The notes under the pieces: generated by a model
Database searches by the model: none
What the model was told of the DNA's origin: nothing
What the model saw: the letters and a program-made list of their open reading frames with translations, nothing else
Source of the DNA: Takakia lepidozioides
Lineage: Eukaryota; Plantae; Bryophyta
Direction of reading: 5' to 3'
Assembly (NCBI GenBank): GCA_030704615.1
Contig: CM060731.1
Location: forward strand, 49,228,001-49,292,000
DNA: 64,000 nucleotides
In this document: positions 25,752 to 37,559 of the stretch, one piece after another
Layout of the letters: each line of letters begins with the position of its first letter
How positions within the stretch are numbered: position 1 is the stretch's first letter
Translations under genes and position numbers: made by a program

Positions 25752-28700
25752 ATGGCGGGTAGATTACTCCATGGGGCCGTGCGTGGAGGTAGGCGCACAT
25801 GGCTCGCAAGAGCACGCCATGGCCAAGCTCTAGCAGTGCCCGATGAGAGATTCCAGCGGTACAACTCGCCAGTGCCCAGCAGCGTAGACCACTCTCAAGT
25901 CCTGTCCACCCCTGAGACAAGAGTGACAACGTTGCCCAATGGCCTGCGCGTGGCCAGTGAGTCTAAATTGTCGGCAGAGACAGCCACTGTGGGTGTTTGG
26001 ATTGATGCTGGCAGCCGCTTCGAAACGTCCACCACAAATGGTACCGCACATTTCCTGGAGCACATGATTTTCAAGGGGACCAAGAGGCGGAACATGTGGC
26101 GTCTGGAAGAGGAGATTGAAAACATGGGTGGTCATCTCAATGCATACACTTCACGCGAGCAGACTACGTACTATGCCAAAGTGTTGAAAAAGGACGTACC
26201 AGCTGCTGTGGACATTTTGGCGGATATTCTGCAAAACTCTTCCTTTGAAAAGGATCGCATCGAGCGGGAGCGCAGTGTGATTTTGCGGGAAATGGAAGAG
26301 GTAAATCACATTCGCGATCAGAGTTGAACGAGAGAATCAGTTATGAGGGTTTGGAAAGATAATTTGGTGCATGGCGACTGATTGGACCCAGATCCATCTG
26401 ACGTGGAAGGTTTCCTCAGCTCAGGCCATAGTGCAGCAAATAGCTCGGTTCTCTTATTGACGAAACCCTTTTTCATGTACAGGCTACAATTATGGTGTTA
26501 TCACTGTTGTCAAAAAAGATTTAGAGGCCTGGATGCAGTTATGGAGCAGCTAAGCAGATGCTTTTGCAGATGAGGCCAAAGATAAAGATGAAGATTGTAA
26601 AATTGGCAATTCAAGATGCAGTTTACAAGGGAATATTGGTAGCAAGTCTGAACTCTTTGTATACAGGGGATTCATCTGGGGAAGGGGTTTAGTTTTAAGG
26701 GTTAGTGAAGTTGAACCAATATGAAGGCCTACTGTGTCATGGATGTCCTGCATCTGGAGGAAAGCTCTTATTAGTGACTCATTAAAATCGGGTTGACGAA
26801 AGGGGATGGCAGGTGGAAGGCCAGGTGCAGGAGGTGATGTTTGACCATTTGCATGCTACTGCATTTCAGCACAGTGCGCTGGGCCGCACCATATTAGGTC
26901 CTGCAGAAAACATTCGCTCCATTACCAAGGCCAATTTGAGGGACTATATCACCACTCACTACACAGGTCCTCGAATGGTAATTGATTCCCCCCCCCCCTC
27001 CAAAATAAACCTCACCCAGGTCAGCGTCTTGCATCTTTCCAAGTGATAAAAATCATTGTAGCTGGAGATTATCATCCAGCATATTAAAGAAGATATCTGA
27101 GGAATCAATTATTCCATTTACCAGTTATATCCGCCTCAAGGTTTTGACTGAGCATTTAACAGAATATTTGGTGTCTGGGTGCGTCACCCGTGCTTCCTTG
27201 TAGTTGTAGTTACAAGTATTGTAGGGCCTGCAGGTGGTTGCTGCTGCAGGCGCAGTGCATCATGATGATCTCGTCTCATTGGTAGAAAGGTCCTTCCGAG
27301 CACTCTCAACGGACCCAACCACGGCTGCGCAGCTTGTAGAGAAAGAGCCAGCTGTTTTCACAGGATCAGATGTGAGTAGTGTTGCTGAAATCTAATACTT
27401 TGTCTCAAAAGTGGAGGGTTGAAATGTTGTACTGTCCTCTAGTTTTATTCTGAACATATGTTCACTGTTTCATGGTTGCAGTAATGCACTGGTGGTTGTA
27501 TGCTTTCTTGACTTGTATTCCGTTGCTTGAATCATTTGGTGCTTTGGTCTGGAGTTCACCGATTGGACTGTTTGTGGAAGCAATGATCAACCTTTGGGCT
27601 TTTGCTTACAGAATTCTTGGAGACCTCCAGTTTGATGTCTGTTTTTCTGCTTGTGTCTGAATGGAATGTTAGGTCCGTCTTCAGAACGATGATACACCAT
27701 TGGCCCACTTCGCAGTAGCAGTGAAGGGTGCAGCATGGACAGATCCAGACTCCATTGCCTTGATGGTCATGCAGACAATGATGGGGGCCTGGAACAAGAA
27801 CAGTTATTCTGGCAAGGGGTAACATCACTGTCTGTACCTTATGACTGGTATGAATGGCTGCATTTGCGCAAGTGGTCAACATAATGTCTCGGTCTGTAAG
27901 GGGTTTTGGTTCGGTGTCTCAATTTTTTTGTGGACTTCACTTGAACCTCTCTAAGGTGAGTGATTGAGTATGTTCTAATTTGTTAGGGTGGGGGGTACTT
28001 GTATACACTGACTAAAAGGTGGATCATATCAAATATGCAGGTCAGAGCTGGCTCAGAAGCTTGGAGCAAATGATTTGGCAGAGAGTGTTATGGCATTTAA
28101 CACAAACTACAGCGATACAGGACTTTTTGGTGTCTATGCAGTGGCCAAGGTAGGTTCTGTGCTATGTGGGAACAAGCTTTGGTCCTTATTTCAGTTCTGG
28201 TGTCACTTGTCATGCAGAGCCATCTGTATTGGGGTTTTGAGTCATTTCTTTCCACCAACATCTTGGAAATTAGTGGGAACAACAGCCTTTTCACACATTA
28301 ACTTCACATGAGGCCATCTGTCCGTGGAGGGCGTATGAGGGCTCTTGTGAGACGAATATGTGGTAGTATCCAGGGCAGGTTGAGCAACCTACAATGATGA
28401 CAAGAGTGACATAACATCCGTTCTTCCGCTCAATAAGGAATGCATGGTTTGAGATGCTTATGAACTGGACTTGTCATCTCTACCTTTCAGAATAGGCAAT
28501 AATCTAGGGCCCTGACAACAGCACCTGTATTTTGCTGTCTGTATATTATCCTGTAGTCATTGATGTCCATCTTGCACTGTGGTTCTATCGTTACAGCATT
28601 GCCATTTTCGTATTCTACTTGTGGATGAAGTTCAAAGAAAAGGTTGTGATGTTACCCTCCATTTGCAGCCAGATAAGCTTGATGATTTATCGTATTGCAT

Positions 28701-30213
28701 AATGCACGAGTTTGCAAGATTGATCTACCGTGTGGATGGAGATGATGTGGCTCGCGCTCGGAATCAGGTACTTTCTCTCCATCACAGGCATGGATGGGGA
28801 TTTGGCAATATTGAAGCAGTGGTTACTTAATGGAAGAGAGACCAACAGGTTGAGGGTTTCTCGACAGTGTAGTGCTGATGTGCCATGTTTCCTGATTCAC
28901 CAAAGCGTTTGGTATAAAAGCAGCTGTCAGGGTATGTCTACTAGAGTCTTTTGGTCACTACTTATCACCATCACTCTTTTGAATAACCCTTTAGCTGCTG
29001 GTCTGGTTTCCATCTTGGAGGCACCATTATAATATTGCCAAATCCTGGTGGTAAGAGGCTTCTATTCTGCTAGCATGAGTATTAAACTATTGTCGGGACA
29101 ATATGGTTAACCTCAAAATGTCCATGAGTTGGTACATTTGTCTCTTTTCTAATTTGCAGTGCGTTGCAGTTGAAATCATGTCTGCTCCTACATTTGGATG
29201 GCACAAGTCCTGTTGCTGAAGACATTGGCCGTCAGGTGAGCTACAAGATTTCTTCCATATGCAGATGTGCTGTAATGGATTTGATTGCTACCCTATTCCC
29301 ATCTTCAACAGCTTTGTCCATTTTGTCTGCAATATGTCAGACTAGACATGCCTGAAGTACTAAATTAGGAGTTCCAAACATGGAAGAATTTCGCTCTGTT
29401 CTCTGCTTCTGTTCGCATTCAGAAGTTGATTTGGCTCCAGTTGTGCAAGAGCTACTTGTTCTCCACAGGGCACCAAATCTCTCCAGGAGCATACGGTCCT
29501 ATTAAAGCTGCTATTTCCCGTTGTGGGTTCAGTCTAGTTTCCATATTGGCTCCAAACGTCTTCAGAAGCACAGAATGCAGTTGGGTCATGCTCGACATCT
29601 ACACATTTTTAAAAAGTCGGTTGTCAAAGATTTGACATTATGCTTGTTTACACTCATCAGATTTTGACGTATGGGCGGCGTATTCCGCTTGCTGAGCTGT
29701 TTGCACGGATTGATGCGGTGGATGTGGCTACTGTGAAGCGAGTTGCCAGCTGCTATATCTATGATAAGGTTAGTGACTGCTCTGTTTGCAGAGTGAAATT
29801 AGCAATTTCTCTCGCAAGGTCAAATACGTGGTGCACTTCACTTTGAAATTCTTTTGGAAGTGCTTGATGCCCTGATCAATGAATGCCAGGTCTTCATTAA
29901 AACCCATTTTACACCCAAGACATTCAGTTTGCAATAAGCTGATGTGTACCTCAACACCTGGCTGAGGTAGTCTTGTAATATCTAGTACCCTCTTATTCTT
30001 TTATGGTGGGCATCTAAAGAAACCAACCTGGATAGGCTGAGTATGTTAAAATATCTTTACCCGACCAACACTCGTCACAATGTCACTGTGGACATGGATT
30101 AACCACAGGCATTGGGTGGTTGCTAGGATGTCACAATAGCGGCGATGGGGCCTATACAGCTTCTACCAGACTACAATTGGTTCCGGCGGCGTACCTATTG
30201 GAACCGTTATTGA
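25752..30213 (+). CDS. MPPBETA: Mitochondrial processing peptidase beta subunit / complex III core protein (M16B), 9 exons
   Basis: Arg-rich presequence, [15 protein letters not shown], inverted Zn motif [29 protein letters not shown]-terminal [18 protein letters not shown]-stop. All exons join in frame. Confidence 0.96.
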
Positions 30214-30677
30214 GTACCTTGCAAAGCTATGACAATTTGCAAATTGGTGTGGGCCTACCCTCCACTTTGCAGGGGAATAGTGCTCACCAGCAAATGGGGG
30301 ACGCCAATGTAACTTGGTTTGTTTTCTTTTCTTGCCCCTTCTATGTGAGCAATGCCACATCACACAAAATTGATCATGACAGCAAGTTCATGGCTAAATT
30401 CAACAGCATAGGGAATCATGGACTATATTAAAGTTAAGATAGTTTCAAGTCACTTATTCCCTCTAGATATGTGGGTATTTATACAACTAACATCCCCAAC
30501 ATATATGAATGCCCAATACATTTCCATCACCAATGGGGTCTTTACTACTATTGCTTACTTTGTTCATATGCTGTGTTCAATTTGATAAGCAGGGTAATCT
30601 CCTGCACTCAATTGTGCTGGGGGCATTTCCAATAAACAAATTTCACAAATTTAAAAAACTAAACGGGAAAAAAGCAC

Positions 30678-33600
30678 CTACAAAACCACTGTGCCGTCTT
30701 TGAGATTACTGAAGACAGCTTTCCAATCTTCAATCTTCTCTTTGCCATTAATGACCTGCCACAGTTAGGAGCTTTAATTAAAAATGCTCTTAATATCATG
30801 GCAAGCTGCCAAACTTAACCTGCCTATATCTCACCCACTATTTTTGGTACCTTGATATCATTTCATCTGAACCTTTTGAGAAGAATGGGCAACATGATTA
30901 GCTGGGCATACCAAAAAGGAAAGAATCTAGGAAAGGAAGGACATGCCACAACGATGTTAGTCGTTTGTGACAAATAAGACAATGGCATGTGCGGACTAAA
31001 TACTTTGAAATGTTAAGACGCAAGTCATTGGAATCGTCTTAATGAGTAGAAGTTAAGCATACCTCAAAGACATGTGCCTTCAGAGGTGGGGCATCAAGTG
31101 CGTGCACACAGATGGTAGCAGCGTCTTCTCGGCTGATGCTTCCACTCGCTGCACCATCCTGCATCCAAGAGTTTGCATCCAATGATGTGGTATTTGATAT
31201 ACATCAAAACAGAAAAACACGGCCTGCCATCCTGCATCCTCATCTGACACAAGGAGTGGATATTTGAAGAGACCAGGACTACTGGGAACAATGGCTGTAT
31301 TGACTGGAGGCTATTTTGAGGTCACAGAGCGCAAGGCAGCTGGCAGTGATGCCCACTTGAGCCACTGAGGTATGTGGGTGCACCGTCTGCATGAGATGAC
31401 AGGACACAGCACACAGTCGTCTCAAATTTCCTAATTAATGGCTGGTGGTGGCTTCAGCTCTCTGGGGTGCCCCACAGCCAAACCCCTGCCTTGCATGGAT
31501 AGTACTATCCCCTGGTTAGTCCTCTCAACTTTTCAGGAGTGTTTCTCAAGTTTGGTAAGCACCCTGCCCCATATCTAATCCCTGCCTTCGAAAGAGAGCT
31601 GCATTTCTCCTCTGTGACAGACTAAAGCTTATATTCGACATTGATCTATGTGGCCCATGTGCACAAGACACAACAGAGATATGCAAGCCAGGCACTTGAC
31701 CAACCTGCACGAAGTCAAAACCTAGTTTACCACCCGGCTCGTCACGGAGGGTTCCTGGCCGAACAATGGTATATGGAACTCCAGAGCTGGCTATGGCTGC
31801 CTCATCTTGCTCAGCCTGGTTACGAGCGCTCCCATTGAAAAGTGCCGCAATACCTCCCTCATTCCTGTACACAGCCAACTGCACACTTTCAGTCACTCCA
31901 TAGGCTTCATCTTTGTCTTGCAATACCTGCCTTGCGTCTGCTTCTATCAATGTTTCCACCCTACCTCCCATTAGTTCCACTCGCTCTTTTCACTCTCTAA
32001 TGAAATATATGTAGGCCTGTTCATCAGATTTGTGGGAATAAACTGCAGGGACTGCCGCACTTCTCGACCATGGTTAACATCCCAAGATTTATTCAGATGC
32101 AGGGTGTGAAACACACCCATATCCTCAAGAGGGAGATGACGCCAACCAAAGTTAGCATAAACAGAAAAACAGTATCTTTTTCCATTTGGATGTTACATAA
32201 TAAAATTGACACTTCCCAGAACTTCTGAGAAGGTGTACCTGAGACAGGAACACAATGTGGTCGAGGCCTTCCACAACTGTACTTTCTGCTAGCAAGCCCA
32301 CCTGTGAGGCATAGGCACTTTGTTATGTGTGGTCAGAGAGTGAAAGGAAGAAAGAAAAAGAGTATATCTCCACAGAAACAGATAGTGTCCTAGTTTGCCG
32401 TAGCCTTGTGGCCACACACCCGGCCCTCACGGTGAGCGCAAGAAGAGGAAACAGACACTACCTTTGTGAGGGGCTCACTCCAGTAGTGGGCCTTACAGTG
32501 GCCCAAACAACTGGTTCGGGCTTTCCAGATTTCCTCTAGAAAGCCCTTCACACAATCTGCTATGTGTGAGCTGCCCAGCAATTAGACCCCAACAGGACCA
32601 GGGCTTTAGGCTCAACCTTGAGATTTTGAACATTGGTGAAAAGAGGTGCATGGAGGTCCTGAAGAGGGTCACTCTCTGATAGAATACCCTGTATTGTATC
32701 AGAAAATGCATATTGTCCCAACAAAGAATGTACTCATAAGACTTTTGTTTGTTTGACCCAACAAAGAGAGAGAAAAAACAAGGAAAGAATGAAAGGGTTG
32801 GATAGAGAGGCCTACCTTGCTAGGGCAGATGACTGCGCGCACCCCCTGTAATGCTTTCCTCAAGCTGGCTATATCGCTTACATCTCCTTCCACTGGCTGC
32901 CATGATTTTCCCCATTCCCAAGACATGAATGCTGTACTTTCAGCATGAAGAATATCTTGAAGTTTTTTCCTGCTGATGAATTGTGGAACATAACTCATGC
33001 CCAAGCTGTAATGTCACTGAACATACCTTGAGATAACACATACCTCAACATAAGGACCAAAGGCAGCAATGGCTGCCTTGGCATCCCGCACTAGGGCTCG
33101 AACACGTAATCGCTTCAGTATTAGAGCGAGGACCAGCAACTGCATGGTACATCCGGAAAGGAGGACTGAGCATGATTTACATTACACAATGATACAATGC
33201 TAGAACATTTCAGTTTCCTAACAAAAATGTGGTCTCACCCAATACAATCGCTTTGCCTGTTCATCACTATGACTGGATGCACATCTGCATCATTATATAC
33301 TTCTCCAATTGTCTGCACTTCTGCCTGTATCTCTCTCCCTCAATGTATCTTGGTTGCTTCTAATGTCTCCATCGGTTGGTTCTGACCCGATTGATTCATG
33401 AACTGAAATGTTATGCCATCACAACAGAGGCCATAGTGTTCCAGCCATAAATCCTATGGGGTTTTATTGAGACACACTGTTGCCTCCCTGTTCTATTCAA
33501 AAATTGGCGGTGGGGCTGTGAATGTGCTAATCTTATGGTGCCAGTATTACCCTGACTGCTCGTCAAACTGTGCCCCTAGCAAGCACTCTTTGCACACATG

Positions 33601-35096
33601 AGAAAATTAAACGAGATTGTTGTGGTTGAAGACCAGTTCAGACTAGCCATCAAATCAGCTACAGTTGAGCTAAAAGAGTCCGAAATGCTGGTCAAAAGGC
33701 ATTTGTCTGCAAGTCTCACAGAGCTTGGAAGCCTTAAAGCCTTCAACACTCCATGTATGAAGTCAACGCAGAGTAACCATTGGGATCCTTTGAAGATGAA
33801 TAACTCAAGTGTAAGAAAGTTGTACTGTTGCATTGTGTTCCACAACAATAAGCACTACAATTGTCCACTTACGACGTGTTCGTGATTTATAACACTCCCA
33901 ACTAAAATCTGCAGGCAGCTGCTCAGTCACACCCCCCCCCCCCCATACCTGGCCAGTGTCACTATCCGCATCTGTTACCAAGACTGCATCCCGGACACCA
34001 CCCCTCTCCTCATCCTCTTCTTCATCTTCACTCTGCTCTGAAACCACTCTTCTTACAAGCTTTGTCATCATATGGAAAGTTGTAAAGAGTGTTCTGTCTT
34101 CCCCCCCAAATAAAGAAACATGTAGAGACTATTGACATCCTTACGCAAAATTCCCTCAAGCAGCTGGGATATATATTACAAAATCTGGCTAGCAGACTTA
34201 GAGATAAATTGTAACAGTGAAGAAACCACCAGTGAAAGAGAGAACATCATAAGAATTTGCAAGATTTGGCGTTTAAACCTTGAGGTTCTCGATTAAAATC
34301 CTCAACTGCTTATCTATTTCTTTAAATCAAATCAAATGTACATATAATTAAGGACAGTGCCTGCAATGCAAGCATATGATGACTAGGTTGGTAGCACCAC
34401 CTCACCTGCCTTGTCGTCTCCACCATTTCCATCTCTGGGAAGCTGGTCGGTTGCACCATACCATTTCCTTAACTTTGGACCCCCTGCAGGCCAAAATTTA
34501 GTCACCACTGTCAATTTGATCTCACCAATTGTGCATCCAACCCTGACATGAGCTACTACACGCTCTTCATACACGAACATCTCATCAAATATCATCCATA
34601 AATCTCCTCCCTCCCCCTCGACGCCTTTCCAATCGCCCGAGTGTCCTTAATACACGCACTACTGACCCTGCACATGAGCTACTGCAGGAGACCCACATTC
34701 TCTTCATACACGAACATCTCATCAACACATCATCCATAATCCTCCCGACTCTTGTCAATTCGCTACTTGTGTGAACCAAAACCTCCTTAATACACGCGCT
34801 TGAGCATTCAATTTCCGGACAATAGGGAGAGAGGGGTGCACACCCTCAATGTAATCCAGCAACCGATCACCAACTGACATTGAAGGGCGCTTCTCATCCT
34901 TGTCCTTTGAAGCTCGGACAACCTCGGAGCCCCTGTCTTTCCTGTTCCCAGTATTCACCCTTCCCCAATCAAGAACCTCTCTCCGAACAACTCTGAGAAA
35001 ATGTGACGACCCACCAGCCGATGGAGAACGAAGGGCAGAAGAGGGAGGGTGAAGTGGGTTTGGAGCGGAGGTAGAGGCGAGGATAAGGGCAGCCAT
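30678..35096 (-). CDS. Plastid-type NAD(P)-binding Rossmann-fold (atypical SDR/NmrA-like) protein, multi-exon
   Basis: Ser/Pro-rich transit-like N-terminus MAALILASTSAPNP, then LLDYIEG|GPKLRKWYGA, RDAVLVTDADSDTGQ, RVRALVRDAK, PYTIVRPG, GSISREDAATICVHAL and FE|VINGKEKIEDW...-TAG at 30678. Confidence 0.85.
32385..32716 (-). mobile_element. 5'-truncated copy of the RTE-X-like LINE (sister subfamily) in an intron of the Rossmann gene
   Basis: DCVKGFLEEIWKART...GRVCGHKATAN matches ACVKGFLEDIWKTRI...GRGVNGHKATAN of the long copy. Confidence 0.88.
32728..32756 (-). mobile_element. 29-bp 3'-end-only insertion of the same LINE family with an 11-bp TSD
   Basis: Minus strand CAAACAAAAGTCTTATGAGTACA matches the LINE terminus; a perfect direct repeat CCCAACAAAGA lies at 32717-32727 and 32757-32767. 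Confidence 0.8.
34540..34800. repeat. ~130-140-bp imperfect tandem duplication in intron 1 of the Rossmann gene
   Basis: CATGAGCTACT...CTCTTCATACACGAACATCTCATCAA...CATCCATAA...CCTTAATACACGC occurs twice. Confidence 0.8.
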
Positions 35097-35280
35097 AGCC
35101 GAGGCCTGTGCACTGGAGCCAACTGCAGCCAAGCCTTGTCCCTCCCAAAGGATCTGCCAAACATCCATCTGTGTACCAGTCTTATATCCAGCCAATCCAT
35201 ATTTCATTCGTCCATTATAGTTTCGGCAGGAATCCTTTCCCTCTTGCATTAATGACGTTGTCTATGTGGTGAAGGAGAGA

Positions 35281-35291
35281 TGACACGTGGC
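35281..35291. promoter_or_regulatory. G-box/ABRE (TGACACGTGGC) upstream of the Rossmann gene
   Basis: Perfect extended G-box ~185 bp upstream of the ATG at 35096; function inferred. Confidence 0.45.
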
Positions 35292-36019
35292 ATATAATGA
35301 AGAGGTCTTGCAGTCATTGTCTTAACTACAAACATCCTGATATGTGGATACATGGCATCACATATTAGCATGTTTGGTCAGGATAATGACTGTAGGACCT
35401 CCTCATGGATATGCCACGAGGCAGTTTCTGGAGATGTCATATGGCGGAGATGTCATATGGCGCACGTCCACAAAACCTCTTGGACTTATTAAAAAAAGAC
35501 ACGTGTACAATTTGCAGTAGCACACTAAGTCATATATGGTAGAAGTACATATGACTGCCACATGACAGTGAGATGTATCACTTGTTCATCTGACTGCAGT
35601 CATCCATGACCAACCATAGTGTACTCATTGTATTCACTTGGTTTGAACAACTTAAAGTCATTGCAGTCATATGTACCGTTTATGATTACGTGATAGTCAT
35701 ATATACTGCGATCTGTTGTAGTGGTGCTCAATGCATGCAATGTGGGATGAATATGTGATGAAAAATGGCCGGATGAAAGAAGCATGTATGAATGAAAGAA
35801 GTGAATGGATGAATGATGGATGAATGTGGGATGAACATGAGCCCTGAAGAATAGAGCATGCATGGTCTGAAATAAAATTGATTGTACGGCAAACACGGCA
35901 TTGACGACAAAACCCAAAACGGTAACCCTAACTCAAACGGCAATAGGAATCCAACCCAAAAACCAATTAAAACATTTAAAATTAAAACAAAACCTAAGCA
36001 AACAGCGATGTTCTACCAC

Positions 36020-37085
36020 AAGCTGGGCATTAAGGTGGTCCTCACAAGGAACATAACAATTCATCCCAAAAATCAAAAATCAAAATAAAAATGAAATAAA
36101 AGCCTTGGCAAGGAACCATGTTCATAGAGGGAAACAGACTCAACATTCATCGCCACCTTAATTCCCAGCCCCTGTTAGAGCTTAATTCCAGCCCAAAAAA
36201 CCAACCAGATTAAGCCACCTTAATTTGGCACAGACAGAAGGGACCAAATATATATATATATATATATATATCTGATTTTTATTTTATTTTTCCCGAATGT
36301 GCCAGATTAAGGTGTCGTCAAAGACACCCTAATTTCCAGCCCCTGTTGGAAAATGACAATTCACCCCAAAAATAATACAAATAAAATAAATAAAATAAAA
36401 GCCTTGACGAGCAGTCATGTTTGAAGAGGGAAACAGGCTCGGCATTAAGGTGGAGCTTAATTGCGGCCCAGAAGACCAGCCAGATTAAGGTGGCGTCAAC
36501 GCCATCTTAATCTGACACATTCGGAATGGAAAAAAGAAAAAAGAAAAAAATTATTTTTTTTATTTTTATTTTTTTCTTGAATGTGCCAGATTAAGGTGTC
36601 AACAAAACACCTTAATCTGGCTGGTCTTCTGGGCTGGAATTAAGTTTCTGCCAAATTTAAATACACTTATTTAAACTCAACTATACATATCATTTCTGTT
36701 GAGCTTCTGTATGACACTTGAATTTTTCCAATATCCTTTTGCTTAGAGGGGTGGAGATTAAGCTGGCGTCAACGCCATCTTACTCCAGACCCAGATAGAC
36801 AGACAGACAAGGTGCTTGAGCGATTTCTGCTTTTTTGTTTGTCAATTTCCTTGTGCTTAGAGGGGTGGAGATTAAGTTGGCGTCAACGTCATCTTAATCC
36901 AAACCCAGATAGATAGACAGACAGACAGACAAGTACACAAACAGATAACAGACAGACAAACAGACAGATACACAAACAGACGGTAGGACTTAAGTGTTTG
37001 TTTCTTTTCTGTTTTTCAATTTTCTTGAGCTTAGAGGGGAGGAGATTAAGCTGGCGTCAATGCCATCTTAATCCAGACCCAGACA
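36020..37085. repeat. Array of ~30-bp palindromes (GATTAAGGTGGCGTCAACGCCATCTTAATC family) with nested fold-back and (GACA)n tracts; probably TE-derived
   Basis: Copies at ~36206, 36302, 36480, 36586, 36754, 36867 and 37042 plus half-sites; a larger inverted repeat spans ~36455-36646 around A/T tracts. Confidence 0.85.
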
Positions 37086-37280
37086 TTTAGCCATTCAGAC
37101 ATACCATTGCAATGACTCTCTGTGATGTGGTCGAGCAAATTCACTCAGTGGAGATGGAACACAAGATGCAACATAGGAAGGTCACAGAAAGGGTGCGACC
37201 GAAAAGGAATCCTCTTGTGAGATTGTTGCTGACAAAACCTATTGGTCATCGTACACGGAAAGCAGCATCGCGCAACACAC

Positions 37281-37311
<31 letters not shown>

Positions 37312-37559
37312 ACCCGATCAATGAACAGAGCAAGAGGCATCATCATTAATGAGCCTTCCTCCGATGCGAACCCATCGTCATCCAATGAAGGGGTGGGACC
37401 ACCAACATGCTGACATGGGAACCGGAACGACATTGATGATGAGGATAGAAACATTATTTTTCTAGACTTAGACTATAAAACTGACAATGTAGATTGTGGA
37501 CATTGCAAGCCATAGCAACTTGCAATTTGCAAGCACACATTTTGACAAATGTACTTGCA

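Noticed and set aside
31881-31980. Possible duplicated or alternative exon (GGRVETLIEADARQVLQDKDEA vs GGIAALFNGSARNQAEQDEA)
   Set aside because: Similarity is too weak and no clear donor site exists; treated as open-frame intron sequence.
35430-35462. 16-bp tandem duplication GGAGATGTCATATGGC x2
   Set aside because: Probably a slippage event or excision footprint; nothing supports a function.
36200-37085. CRISPR-like array (palindromic ~30-bp repeats with spacers)
   Set aside because: Plant nuclear context, no cas genes, and spacers are irregular in length, low-complexity and partly duplicated.
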